Assembly: GCA_963836265.1 (NCBI GenBank)
Contig: CAWIIO010000002.1
Coordinates: 74,215 to 138,214, forward strand
Source of the DNA: an uncultured beta proteobacterium
GTDB lineage: Bacteria; Pseudomonadota; Gammaproteobacteria; Burkholderiales; Casimicrobiaceae
DNA: 64,000 nucleotides
Direction: 5' to 3'
The notes under the pieces were generated by a model. That model did no database searches and was not told where the DNA came from. It saw nothing but the letters and a program-made list of their open reading frames with translations. This document shows, one piece after another, positions 23,775 through 36,203 of the stretch. The translations under genes and the position numbers were made by a program. The first letter of the stretch is position 1; each line of letters begins with the position of its first letter.

Positions 23775-25637
23775 TCATTTCACGCCGTCCGGGCCTGCAA
23801 CCGGCTGCCACACCTGACCGATGGAGATCTTCGCCAGGTGTTTGCGGCTGCCGTAGATCAGGTTGACGATACCGCGCGAAACGAACACCGCCGAGAACAT
23901 CGACGTCATGATGCCGAGGCAGTGCACGACGGCGAAGCCGCGCACCGGTCCCGTGCCGAAGATCAGCAGCGCGATACCGGCGATGAGCGTCGTCACGTTC
24001 GAGTCGAGAATCGTGCCCCACGCCCGCTCGTAGCCGGCGGAGAGCGCCGCGTGCGGCGTCGCCCCCCAACGCAGCTCCTCGCGGATCCGCTCGTTGATCA
24101 GCACGTTGGAGTCGATCGCCATCCCGAGCGTCAGCGCGATGGCGGCGATGCCCGGCAGGGTGAGGGTCGCCTGCAGCATGGAGAGGATCGCCACCAGCAG
24201 CAACAGGTTGACCGACAGCGCGATCGACGAGATGAGCCCCATCAGCAGGTAGTAGGCGCACATGAAGATCACCAGCACCGCGAAGCCGTAGGAGACGGAA
24301 TCGAATCCCTTGTCGATGTTCTCCTTGCCGAGTGACGGACCGACGGTGCGCTCCTCGACGATCTCCATCGGCGCCGCCAGCGCTCCGGCGCGCATCAGGA
24401 GCGCGATGTCGTTCGCTTCGCGCGTGTTCATCCGGCCGCTGATCTGGACTCTGCCCCCGCCGATTTCCTCGCGAATCACCGGCGCGGTGACGACCTCAGC
24501 CTTGCCTTTCTCGACCAGCATGATCGCCATCCGCTTGCCAACGTTCTCGCGCGTCACCTCCTTGAAAATCCGCGCGCCGGTGCCGTCCAGGTTCACGTGC
24601 ACGGCGGGCTCGTTGGTGCGCTGATCGAAGCCGGGCTGCGCGTCGTTGATGCGGTCGCCGGTCAGCACCACCTGGCGCTTGACCAGCACGGGCGCGCCGT
24701 TGCGATCCGTGTAGAGGTCGCTGCCGAGCGGCACCTGGCCCGCGAGCGCCTGCTCGAGCGCCCCCGGATCTTCGTTGACCATCCGGATTTCGAGCGTCGC
24801 CGTGCGGCCGAGGATGTCCTTCGCGCGCGCCGTGTCCTGGACCCCGGGCAGCTGGACGACGACGCGATCGGCGCCCTGCTGCTGGATGATCGGTTCGGCC
24901 ACGCCGAGCTCGTTGACGCGGTTCCTCAGGATCGTGATGTTCTGCAGCACCGCGCCTTCCTGGATGCGCTTCTGGGCCTCGGGCTTGAGCGACGCGACGA
25001 GTCGCGGCTCGCCACCGGTCGCGTCGGCGTCGCGCAGCAGCAGATCGCCATAGGTCTTCTCGATCTCGCTGCGCGCCTTGCCGCGCTCCGCTTCGTCGCG
25101 GAACCGGACGACGACGTTGGTGCCTTCGCGGCTCACGCCGGCGTACTGCACCTTCTTTTCGCGCAGCAGCGAGCGGATGTCGGTCGTGTAGCGGTCGGCG
25201 GCCTTGTCGAGCGCCGCCTTCATGTCGACTTGCAGCAGGAAATGGACGCCGCCGCGCAGGTCGAGCCCCAGATACATCGGCAGCGCGCCGATCGCGGTGA
25301 GCCACCGGGGCGACGACGACAGCAGGTTCAGCGCGACGATGTAGTTGTCGCCGAGCTTGCCCTGCAACGCGTCCTTGGCCTTCAGCTGCGTGTCGGGGTC
25401 TGCGAAGCGCACCTTGATGCCAGTCGCGTCGAGCGTCGCGCCGCGGTAGGTGATCCCCGCTGCCTTCAGCGTCTCCTCGACCGTGCCGAGCAGCGCGTTG
25501 TCGATCTTCACCGCGGCCTTCGACGAGCTGACCTGAACGGCGGGCGATTCCGGAAAGAAGTTGGGCAGGGTGTACACGAGGCCGACCACGAGTGCCACGC
25601 CGATGAGCACGTACTTCCAGAGAGGGTAGCGGTTCAT
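23775..25637 (-). CDS. secD: protein translocase subunit SecD
   Basis: 620-aa ORF starting MNRYPLWKYVLIGVALVVG and containing LGLDLRGGVHFLLQVD; large periplasmic domain followed by six TM segments. Confidence 0.96.
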   Translation of the reverse strand: MNRYPLWKYVLIGVALVVGLVYTLPNFFPESPAVQVSSSKAAVKIDNALLGTVEETLKAAGITYRGATLDATGIKVRFADPDTQLKAKDALQGKLGDNYIVALNLLSSSPRWLTAIGALPMYLGLDLRGGVHFLLQVDMKAALDKAADRYTTDIRSLLREKKVQYAGVSREGTNVVVRFRDEAERGKARSEIEKTYGDLLLRDADATGGEPRLVASLKPEAQKRIQEGAVLQNITILRNRVNELGVAEPIIQQQGADRVVVQLPGVQDTARAKDILGRTATLEIRMVNEDPGALEQALAGQVPLGSDLYTDRNGAPVLVKRQVVLTGDRINDAQPGFDQRTNEPAVHVNLDGTGARIFKEVTRENVGKRMAIMLVEKGKAEVVTAPVIREEIGGGRVQISGRMNTREANDIALLMRAGALAAPMEIVEERTVGPSLGKENIDKGFDSVSYGFAVLVIFMCAYYLLMGLISSIALSVNLLLLVAILSMLQATLTLPGIAAIALTLGMAIDSNVLINERIREELRWGATPHAALSAGYERAWGTILDSNVTTLIAGIALLIFGTGPVRGFAVVHCLGIMTSMFSAVFVSRGIVNLIYGSRKHLAKISIGQVWQPVAGPDGVK

Positions 25638-25680
25638 TCGTCAGTCGAGCGGCTGAGGTTCGTTGCGCGGTCGGCAACGC

Positions 25681-26016
25681 TCAGAGATTCTTGATCGTGC
25701 CCTTGGGCAGGAGCTGGGAAACGGCACCCCGCTGGACGGTGACCTCGACGCTGGGCGCGATCTCGACCGTCGCGTACTGGTCGCCGAGCTTCGAGATCCG
25801 CCCGACGACGCCCCCGGCGGTGACCACTTCGTCGCCCTTCTGCAGCGCCTCGAGCATGGCCTTGGTTTCTTTCGCCCGCTTCTGCTGCGGCCGGATCAGC
25901 AGAAAGTAGAAGACGACGAAGATCGCGATCATCGGCAGGAAGGTCATGAAGTCGGCACCGGGGCCCGCGGGGGCGCTCTGGGCGTAGGCGGGTCCGATCA
26001 TCGATTCGAGCAGCAC
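25681..26016 (-). CDS. yajC: preprotein translocase subunit YajC
   Basis: GTG at 26016 lies 7 nt after GGAGGA. The product contains PMIAIFVVFYFLLIRPQQKRAKE...GDEVVTAGGVVGRI. The track ORF extending to 26145 is rejected as an N-terminal over-extension. Confidence 0.9.
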   Translation of the reverse strand: MLLESMIGPAYAQSAPAGPGADFMTFLPMIAIFVVFYFLLIRPQQKRAKETKAMLEALQKGDEVVTAGGVVGRISKLGDQYATVEIAPSVEVTVQRGAVSQLLPKGTIKNL

Positions 26017-26211
26017 GTGGATATCCTCCGTGGGGTGTGCGCGTGGTGGCGCGATCATCGGGCAACTGCAGGTCGGCCGCCTCGCCCTCGCGCGAGCGAG
26101 AGTGTCCGTGTCCTGATGCGCGCGGCAAATTTTACATTTTAGCATGCCGCGTGTCCGCGTCCGGACCCAGCGGCCGACCGGCCGCGGTGGGACGGCGTCG
26201 AACGGCCGGTT

Positions 26212-27342
<1,131 letters not shown>

Positions 27343-27379
27343 TCAGGAAAGCGCGGAGCGCGCCGAATGGCGCGGGCGG

Positions 27380-28261
27380 TCAGCGCCGCCGCGCCCGTGC
27401 GAAGTGCGGTCCCGCGAAATATGCGACTGCGGCAACGAGGAGCCCCGTGAGTGCAAGGCCTGCGCCGGAAAGCGTCGGAATCGTGAACGCGCTCCCTGCG
27501 GTCGCGACGATGCAACTGTTCGCTGCGAAGTCGAAGGCATTCTTCCAGGCGCGATAAAAATCGCCGCCGAAGTCGACGCCGGGCGTGCCGATCGTCGGAT
27601 ACTGCGGCGCGATTGCCACGTGAATCACGCATGCGAGACCGCTCACGCGATAGGCGATCGCCGGGTCGACCTTGGCACGCGCATTGGGCTGCGCCCACCC
27701 GGCAACGACGATCGTGCCAGGCTTCGCGTCGTTGCCGCCGGCATACTTGGCACTCGTCAGCGCGGTCAGCCCGGTGGCCAGCGGGTGCCCGGCGAGGACG
27801 ATTGTTTGCGTGGTGAGAGTTCGCGGCGCGTACGGCGTGGCCAAGCCGTCGGTCGTGTTCGGATCGATCGTTTCGAGCACCCCCCAGCCGTGCGGAATGG
27901 TCGTCACCGGACTGTCGCTGCGCTCCTGGTCGTAGAACGCCCCCAGCACGACCGGACGGCCGGTGGCCGCGAATGCGGCAACCACGTTGCCAACATTCGG
28001 GGCGTTCGAGAACGTGCCATCTTCGAACAGCAGCAGGACGTCGTAGTTTGCCGTTAGGGTCGCGAGCAACGGCGTAGCGGTGCCGACGTCGATGCCGGTG
28101 AATGTGTGCCCCCCGACATTGGCGTTGAAGTCGGCCGCGGTTTCGTTGAAGAATTTGTTCGACAGCACGCCGACGCGCGCGGCGCCAGCGTCTGCAGCCT
28201 GTGCTGCAGCGAAAGCGAAGGCCGCACAGGCAAGCGCCCGGCGGATTGTGGGTTTCATCAT
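27380..28261 (-). CDS. secreted protein with IPTL-CTERM sorting signal, function unknown
   Basis: Sec signal MMKPTIRRALACAAFAFAAAQA. The C-terminus IPTLSGAGLALTGLLVAAVAYFAGPHFARARRR combines an IPTL motif, a hydrophobic helix and an Arg cluster, which is the architecture of the IPTL-CTERM domain family. The mature domain has no motif I recognise. Confidence 0.75.
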   Translation of the reverse strand: MMKPTIRRALACAAFAFAAAQAADAGAARVGVLSNKFFNETAADFNANVGGHTFTGIDVGTATPLLATLTANYDVLLLFEDGTFSNAPNVGNVVAAFAATGRPVVLGAFYDQERSDSPVTTIPHGWGVLETIDPNTTDGLATPYAPRTLTTQTIVLAGHPLATGLTALTSAKYAGGNDAKPGTIVVAGWAQPNARAKVDPAIAYRVSGLACVIHVAIAPQYPTIGTPGVDFGGDFYRAWKNAFDFAANSCIVATAGSAFTIPTLSGAGLALTGLLVAAVAYFAGPHFARARRR

Positions 28262-28446
28262 GGAACCGCGGTCTCGGCGTCTCTTGCGGAATCGCAGCGC
28301 CGTATTCCGCAACAATTGCGATCAGTCGACAGAGTAACGTTTTGGCGACTCCGCGGATAGGGCGTCGGGCGGGATTTTGGTGGTGCCGCCGGCGATTTGT
28401 TGCGCGAACCCCAGCCAACCCGCAATTTGTCGCCGTTGGGCGACGC

Positions 28447-29511
28447 TTACGGGTGTCTCGTTTTGGCGTCAGCGTGGTCCTCGCGCTCGATCAGCATCGC
28501 ATCGCCGTAGCTGAAAAAGCGGTAGCAACGGGCGATCGCGTGAGCGTAAGCGGCCCGAACGCTGTCGTAGCCTGCAAACGCCGAAACGAGCATCAGCAGC
28601 GTCGAGCGCGGCAGATGGAAATTGGTGAGCAGCCGATCGACCACGCGGAACGAATAGCCGGGGGTGATGAAAAGGCGCGTCTCGCCGCTGCCCGGTCGGA
28701 TCGGACCGCCCTCGAGAGCCGCCGATTCCAGCGCGCGCAGGCTCGTCGTGCCGACGGCAACGACGCGTCCGCCATGCGCGCGTGCGGCAGCGATCGCATC
28801 GGCCGTCGCGTCCGGAACGCAGTACCACTCGGCATGCATCGCGTGCGCGGAGAGGTCCGCGGTCCGCACCGGCTGGAACGTGCCCGCGCCGACGTGCAGC
28901 GTGACGTGCGCGAACTTGACGCCGGCGTCGGCGAGCGCCGCCAGCATGCGTTCATCGAAATGCAGCCCCGCCGTCGGCGCGGCGACCGCGCCCGGATTGC
29001 GCGCATAGACGGTCTGATAGCGCGTTTCGTCGTTCGCGGTGGCCGCTCGCTCGATGTAAGGCGGGAGCGGAACCGAGGCGTACCGCTCGAGGTAGTCGTG
29101 GATCGGCATCGTGCCGTCGAGGCGTAGTTCGAAAAACCGATCGCGGCGGCTGATGACCGCCGCGCGCGCGCCGCCCGGAAGGTCGAGCACGCCACCGATC
29201 CGCGGTGGATGGCTCGCACGAAGCTGGAAGAGCGCTTGCCGCGATCCGGTGATTCTCTCGAGCAACAACTCGACTCGCCCACCGGTCGGCTTTGTCGCCC
29301 CGATCCGCGACTTGATCACTCGCGTGTCGTTGAAGACAAGGAGGTCGCGCGCTGCAATGAGACGAGGAAGGTCGATGAAGAAGTGGTCGGTGAGCGCTGC
29401 CCCGTCGACGTGGAGCAGCCGACTGCCGGTGCGCTCCGGCGCCGGCACTTGCGCGATCAGCGCGGGAGGCAGCCGATAGTCGAAATCCTTGAGGGTGTAG
29501 TGGCGCGACAC
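28447..29511 (-). CDS. queA: S-adenosylmethionine:tRNA ribosyltransferase-isomerase
   Basis: GTG at 29511 gives VSRHYTLKDFDYRLPPALIAQVPAPERTGSRLL..., followed by TPTAGLHF and VGTTS. The track ORF extension to 29631 is rejected. Confidence 0.95.
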   Translation of the reverse strand: MSRHYTLKDFDYRLPPALIAQVPAPERTGSRLLHVDGAALTDHFFIDLPRLIAARDLLVFNDTRVIKSRIGATKPTGGRVELLLERITGSRQALFQLRASHPPRIGGVLDLPGGARAAVISRRDRFFELRLDGTMPIHDYLERYASVPLPPYIERAATANDETRYQTVYARNPGAVAAPTAGLHFDERMLAALADAGVKFAHVTLHVGAGTFQPVRTADLSAHAMHAEWYCVPDATADAIAAARAHGGRVVAVGTTSLRALESAALEGGPIRPGSGETRLFITPGYSFRVVDRLLTNFHLPRSTLLMLVSAFAGYDSVRAAYAHAIARCYRFFSYGDAMLIEREDHADAKTRHP

Positions 29512-29681
29512 GTGGAAACGATCTGAAGATTCCGGCGAGCGGCGCGGAGCCTCAGTTGCCGAACGAGGCCTTCGCACCGACCCCGAGGCAGCTACTTGGG
29601 CGTACAACGAGTGTCGAGCCCCAGTTGCCAACTAAGCACGACAAGACTGTCGGGCCGCGCAGCCCATTTTGGATTCGTTTC

Positions 29682-29768
29682 TGGTGCCCAGGGAGGGAAT
29701 CGAACCCTCATGGCCTTGCGACCGGCAGATTTTGAGTCTGCTGCGTATACCAGTTCCGCCACCTGGGC
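29682..29768 (-). tRNA. tRNA-Leu (anticodon CAA)
   Basis: The reverse strand reads GCCCAGGTGGCGGAACTGGTATACGCAGCAGACTCAAAATCTGCCGGTCGCAAGGCCATGAGGGTTCGATTCCCTCCCTGGGCACCA. It has a 7-bp acceptor stem, anticodon loop CTCAAAA, a long variable arm (class II), a GGTTCGATTCC T-arm and an encoded CCA. Confidence 0.93.
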
Positions 29769-30027
29769 GATGCCGCCGGTGCTGACCGGGATGCGGCGAA
29801 GCAACATTATCGCGGAAACCGGCGCGACTGCCCAGCAGGCTTGTCCTTCGGGCTGGCTTCACGGATCCCTTTACGACTCCCGTGTTGCGCCGGCGTAGCC
29901 GAGAGTTGCGTCGGCACCGCCGGCATCGGTTATGCTGTCGTGGCCCCTGCGCAGGCGGCGTCGCTGAGCGGGGGCCGCGTTCGCTTCGCCCTCGACGCCG
30001 AGCGGCGCGCGTGCGCAAGCAAGAGGA

Positions 30028-33000
30028 GTGACGATGGACGCCAACGCGGCATCGGGCGTGAACGAACGGCAGGTGCAGGTCGCGGCGCTCGTGCGCGCGA
30101 AGGTGGCGCCGGATAAGAGGGCGACGATCGAAGCGCTCGTCGACCGCTACTTCGGTCAGGTCGACCCCGAGGACCTGGCGGAGCGGCAGCCCGCCGACCT
30201 GTACGGCGCGATGCTCTCGCACTGGAACTTCGCGCACAAGCGTCAAGCCGGACGCCCGAAGATTCGCGCGTTCAACCCGTCGATCGAAGAGCACGGCTGG
30301 CAGTCCACGCACACGATCATCGAGATCGTCAACGACGACATGCCGTTCCTGGTCGACTCGGTAACGATGGAGGCGAATCGCCAGGGCCTCACGCTCCACC
30401 TCATCATCCACCCGGTCCTGGCCGTCGCGCGCGACGCGAGCGGGGCGCTCGAGGGCCTTGCACCGGAAAGCGAAGCATCGCGCCGCGAATCGTTCATCCA
30501 CGTCGAGGTCGATCGGATCACCGATCCGGCGCGGCTCGACACGCTCGCGACGGATCTGTCCCGCGTCCTCGGCGACGTCCGAGGGGCCGTCGATGACTGG
30601 GACAAGATGCGGGAACGCATGCTCTCGACCGTCACCGAGCTCGACGACAGGCCGCCGCCGCTTCCGGCGGAAGAACTGACCGAAGGCAAGGCATTTCTGC
30701 GCTGGCTCGCCGACGGCCACTTCACGATGCTGGGGTACCGCTGCCACGACCTCGTCACGGTCGACGGCCAGGACGCGCTCAGGATCGTTTCCGGCAAGAG
30801 TCTCGGCATCTTGCGCGAGACGGGGACGAAGGACGTCGCGGCGAGCTTCGCTGCGCTGCCGCCGGAGCAACGTGCCTACGCGCGCGTCCCCGAGCTTCTC
30901 ATCATCACCAAGGCGAATGCGCGCTCGACCGTGCATCGGCCGGGCTATCTCGACTATATCGGCATCAAGCGTTTCGACGCCAAGGGCGACGTGTGCGGGG
31001 AGCACCGCTTCCTCGGCCTTTACACGTCGACCGCCTACAGCGCCAATCCGGCCGAGATTCCGCTGCTCCGGCGCAAGACGGCGAACGTCGTCGCGCGCGC
31101 CGGCGTCGCGCCGGGCAGCCACGCCGGCAAGGCGCTGCGCAACATCCTGGAAACGTATCCTCGCGACGAGCTCTTCCAGACGAGCGAAGACGAGCTCCTG
31201 CACACCGCGACGGGAATTCTCCATCTCGGCGACCGGCAGCGCTTTCGCCTCTTCGTCCGGCGCGATCCATTCGGGCGTTTCCTGACCTGCATCATCTACG
31301 CGCCGCGCGAGAACTACACGACCGAGCTGCGGCAGCGGTGGCAGGCGATCCTCACTCGCGCCTTCAACGGCACAAGTGCGGAATTCAATGTCCATCTGTC
31401 GGAATCGATGCTCGCCCGGATCATGATCACGGTGCGCACGACGCCGGGCGGGGTTCCCGCGTTCGACGTGCGCGAGCTCGAGGCGAACCTCGCAACGGCC
31501 GCGCGACGCTGGGAGGACGACCTGCGCGAGGCGCTCGTCGCAGCACTGGGCGAGGCGCGCGGAAGCGAGTTGTTCGCCCGATTCGGCGCCGCGTTCCCCG
31601 CCGGCTATCGCGAGGACTTCGCCGCCCGGTCCGCGGTTCCCGACATCGAGATGATGGCGAGGCTCACCGCGGAGGCACCGCTCGGCATGACCCTCTATCG
31701 TCCGCTCGAGGCGGCGCCGGGCGTGCTCCGGTTCAAGCTCTTCCACCGCGGGGCTCCGGTCGCGTTGTCCGACAGCCTGCCGATGCTGGAGCGGATGGGC
31801 ATGCGGGTGCTGGACGAGCGCCCGCACCGGATCCTGCCGCAGGGCGCGCCGCCGGTATGGATGCACGACCTCGGCATGCAGGCGCCGGCAGCCGCCGACC
31901 TCGAGATCGACGCGTTGCACGGGGTCTTCGAGGAAGCGTTCGGTCGCGTCTTCCACGGCGAGGTCGAAAACGACGAGTTCAACCGGCTGGTTGTCGCGGC
32001 GCGGCTCCCGGCGGAAGAAATCGTCGTGCTGCGGGCGTACGCGAAATACATGCGGCAGATCGGATTCCCGCTGTCGCAGGCGTTCATCGAGGCGACGCTC
32101 GCAGGGCGCGCCGCCATCGCGCGCTTGCTGATCGAGCTGTTCAAGCTGCGTTTCGATCCCGAATTGACCGCTTCCGCGCGTTCGCGCGCACTCGGGAAAA
32201 TACAGCAGATCGACGACGCGCTCGACCGCGTCGAAAATCTCTCCGAGGACCGCGTGCTGCGTCAGTACCTGGCGCTGATTCTGGCGACGACACGCACCAA
32301 CCATTGGCGCCGCGATGCGGCCGGACGCAGGCGCAGCTATCTCGCGTTCAAGTTCGATCCGGCGAAGGTCCCCGGCCTTGTCGAGCCCAAGCCGATGTTC
32401 GAGATCTTCGTGTACTCCGCCCGTTTCGAGGGCGTGCACCTGCGTGGCGGCAGGGTTGCCCGCGGGGGTCTGCGCTGGTCCGATCGGCCGGAGGACTTCC
32501 GCACCGAAATCCTCGGCCTCGTCAAGGCGCAGATGGTGAAAAACGCGGTGATCGTGCCGGTCGGCTCCAAGGGTGGATTCGTGCTCAAGCGCGCGCCGTC
32601 GGCGGCGGTCGACCGGGACGGCTACATGAAGGAGGGAATCGCCTGCTACCAGGATTACCTGCGCGGACTGCTGGACGTCACCGACAACCGGGTCGGCGAT
32701 GCGATCGTCCCGCCGCCGCAGGTGACGAGGCACGACTCCGACGACCCCTACCTCGTCGTCGCCGCCGACAAGGGGACGTCGACCTTTTCCGATTACGCCA
32801 ATGCGATCAGCGGGGAGTACGATTTCTGGCTCGGCGACGCGTTCGCGTCCGGCGGCTCCGCTGGGTACGACCACAAGGCGATGGGCATCACCGCGCGCGG
32901 CGCATGGGAGTCGGTGAAGCGGCATTTCCGCGAAATGGGAATCGACACCCAGCGGACGGAGTTCACGGTCGCGGGCATCGGCGACATGTCGGGCGACGTG

Positions 33001-34851
33001 TTCGGCAACGGCATGCTGCTGTCGCGGCACGTGAAACTCGTGGCGGCGTTCGATCACCGGCACATCTTTCTCGACCCGACTCCCGATCCCGGAACGAGCT
33101 TCACGGAACGCGAGCGGCTGTTCCGCCTGCCGCGTTCGTTGTGGGGCGACTACGACGCGACGCTGATCTCGGCCGGAGGCGGCGTCCACGCGCGGAGCGC
33201 CAAGGTGATCGCCATCACGCCGGAAGTGAAAGTCGCGCTCGCGATATCCGCCGACGCGCTGACCCCGACGGAGCTCGTCAACGCGATCCTCAAGGCGCCC
33301 GTGGATCTCCTCTACAACGGCGGCATCGGCACCTACGTGAAGGCCGCGAGCGAGACGCACGCGCAGGTGGGCGATCGCGCCAATGACGCGCTGCGGGTGA
33401 ACGGCCGCGACCTGCGGTGCAAGGTCCTGGTCGAGGGCGGTAATCTCGGCTGCACGCAGCTCGGGAGGATCGAGTATGCGCGCGCGGGCGGCCGCATCAA
33501 TACCGATGCCATCGACAACTCGGCCGGCGTCGACACTTCCGATCACGAGGTGAACATCAAGATCCTGCTCGCGATGCCGATCGTCGACGGCGAGCTCACC
33601 GAGAAGCAGCGCAACGCGCTGCTCGCGGAAATGACCGACGATGTCGCAGCGCTCGTGCTGCGCGACAACTACTTCCAGACGCAGGTGCTGTCGGTGACCG
33701 GTCGCATCGCGCCGCGGCTGCTAGACGCCCAGGGGCGCTTCATGCAGTTCCTCGAGAAGTCGGGGCGGTTGAATCGCGCACTCGAGTTCCTGCCCGGGGA
33801 CGACGAGATCGCCGAACGCCGGGTCCAGGGGCAGGGCCTCACGTGCCCCGAACATGCGGTCCTGCTCGCCTACAGCAAGATGTGGCTCTTCGACGAGCTC
33901 GTCGATTCCCCGCTGCCCGACGATCCATGGGTCGCGACCGCGATCGGGCGCTACTTCCCGCGTGCGCTCTCCGCCCGCTACGCCCCCTACTTCGGACGCC
34001 ACGCGCTCAAGCGGGAGATCATTGCGACCCATGTTGCCAACAGCATGGTCAACCGCGTCGGGAGCACGTTCGTCCATCGGCTGGGCGAAGCGACCGGGGC
34101 GGCGCCGCACGAAGTGGTCCGCGCCTATCTACTCGCGCGCGAAATCTTCGGCTTCGTCGCGCTGTGGCAGGCGATCGAAGCGCTGGACAACCGCGTCGCC
34201 GACGCCGTGCAATCGAGGCTGCTGATCGACACGAGTCGACAGATGGAGCGGGGCACCACCTGGTTCCTGCGCTCGCGGCGCCTCGCGGACGACATGGCCG
34301 CGACGATCTCGCACTTCACGGCGCGGGTGGAGGCGCTGTCAGCGCGCCTGCCCGAACTGCTGGACGAGGACGATCGCGCGCGCGACGGTGCCGCGGCGGC
34401 CGAGTACGTTGCGGCCGGAGTCCCCGAAGCCGTGGCGGCGCGCGTCGTGACGCTCGAGACCCTCTATTCGACGCTCGACATCGTCGAGGTCGCCGGCAGC
34501 ACGAAGCGCCCGGTCGAACTCGTCGCCCAGATCTACTTCGCGCTTTCGGCCCGACTCGGCCTGCCGTGGCTGCGGGGGAGGATCTCGGCGCTTTCGGGGG
34601 ATCAGCACTGGCAGCTGCTGGCTAAGAGCGCGATGCACGACGATCTGTCGGGGTTGCAGCGGACGATCACCAGCGAAGTGCTGACAGGAAACGGCGATCT
34701 CGCGCCGTCGGCGCTGATCGCAGCATGGCAGGAGCGCAACCGCCGCGCGATCGAGCGCTCGGAACGGTTGTTGACCGAGTTGCGCTCCGCCAGCGCTGCC
34801 GACGGCGCGATGCTGTCGGTCGCCCTGCGCGAGCTGCGCAATCTCGCGTAG
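30028..34851 (+). CDS. gdhB: NAD-specific glutamate dehydrogenase, large (about 180 kDa) class
   Basis: 1607-aa ORF. The central region GGLRWSDRPEDFRTEILGLVKAQMVKNAVIVPVGSKGGFV...DKGTSTFSDYAN...GGSAGYDHKAMGITARGAW is the conserved catalytic core of the giant NAD-GDH family. ATG at 30034 is an alternative start. Confidence 0.95.
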   Translation: MTMDANAASGVNERQVQVAALVRAKVAPDKRATIEALVDRYFGQVDPEDLAERQPADLYGAMLSHWNFAHKRQAGRPKIRAFNPSIEEHGWQSTHTIIEIVNDDMPFLVDSVTMEANRQGLTLHLIIHPVLAVARDASGALEGLAPESEASRRESFIHVEVDRITDPARLDTLATDLSRVLGDVRGAVDDWDKMRERMLSTVTELDDRPPPLPAEELTEGKAFLRWLADGHFTMLGYRCHDLVTVDGQDALRIVSGKSLGILRETGTKDVAASFAALPPEQRAYARVPELLIITKANARSTVHRPGYLDYIGIKRFDAKGDVCGEHRFLGLYTSTAYSANPAEIPLLRRKTANVVARAGVAPGSHAGKALRNILETYPRDELFQTSEDELLHTATGILHLGDRQRFRLFVRRDPFGRFLTCIIYAPRENYTTELRQRWQAILTRAFNGTSAEFNVHLSESMLARIMITVRTTPGGVPAFDVRELEANLATAARRWEDDLREALVAALGEARGSELFARFGAAFPAGYREDFAARSAVPDIEMMARLTAEAPLGMTLYRPLEAAPGVLRFKLFHRGAPVALSDSLPMLERMGMRVLDERPHRILPQGAPPVWMHDLGMQAPAAADLEIDALHGVFEEAFGRVFHGEVENDEFNRLVVAARLPAEEIVVLRAYAKYMRQIGFPLSQAFIEATLAGRAAIARLLIELFKLRFDPELTASARSRALGKIQQIDDALDRVENLSEDRVLRQYLALILATTRTNHWRRDAAGRRRSYLAFKFDPAKVPGLVEPKPMFEIFVYSARFEGVHLRGGRVARGGLRWSDRPEDFRTEILGLVKAQMVKNAVIVPVGSKGGFVLKRAPSAAVDRDGYMKEGIACYQDYLRGLLDVTDNRVGDAIVPPPQVTRHDSDDPYLVVAADKGTSTFSDYANAISGEYDFWLGDAFASGGSAGYDHKAMGITARGAWESVKRHFREMGIDTQRTEFTVAGIGDMSGDVFGNGMLLSRHVKLVAAFDHRHIFLDPTPDPGTSFTERERLFRLPRSLWGDYDATLISAGGGVHARSAKVIAITPEVKVALAISADALTPTELVNAILKAPVDLLYNGGIGTYVKAASETHAQVGDRANDALRVNGRDLRCKVLVEGGNLGCTQLGRIEYARAGGRINTDAIDNSAGVDTSDHEVNIKILLAMPIVDGELTEKQRNALLAEMTDDVAALVLRDNYFQTQVLSVTGRIAPRLLDAQGRFMQFLEKSGRLNRALEFLPGDDEIAERRVQGQGLTCPEHAVLLAYSKMWLFDELVDSPLPDDPWVATAIGRYFPRALSARYAPYFGRHALKREIIATHVANSMVNRVGSTFVHRLGEATGAAPHEVVRAYLLAREIFGFVALWQAIEALDNRVADAVQSRLLIDTSRQMERGTTWFLRSRRLADDMAATISHFTARVEALSARLPELLDEDDRARDGAAAAEYVAAGVPEAVAARVVTLETLYSTLDIVEVAGSTKRPVELVAQIYFALSARLGLPWLRGRISALSGDQHWQLLAKSAMHDDLSGLQRTITSEVLTGNGDLAPSALIAAWQERNRRAIERSERLLTELRSASAADGAMLSVALRELRNLA

Positions 34852-34949
34852 CGGCGAGCTCGCCTGGCCCCGCTCCCACCGCGGCCTCCGCGCTTTCCTG
34901 GTGCCACGTTTGCGCCTCTGCGTCGGCCGCGCTCGATCGCTCGGCGACG

Positions 34950-36175
<1,226 letters not shown>

Positions 36176-36203
36176 CGGGCTCGCTGCCGCTCGCCCGCCT
36201 CGC

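Noticed and set aside
26017-26145. Longer yajC ORF starting at 26145
   Set aside because: The extra 43 residues (MLKCKICRAHQDTDTL...) are not YajC-like, and a GGAGGA-N7-GTG start at 26016 gives a typical YajC of about 110 aa.
29632-33546. 1304-codon ORF on the minus strand opposite gdhB
   Set aside because: It is antisense to a gene with unmistakable NAD-GDH motifs. The product is Arg/Asp/His-rich low-complexity sequence, typical of the well-known spurious open frame opposite giant GDH genes in GC-rich genomes. It also runs across the tRNA-Leu gene.
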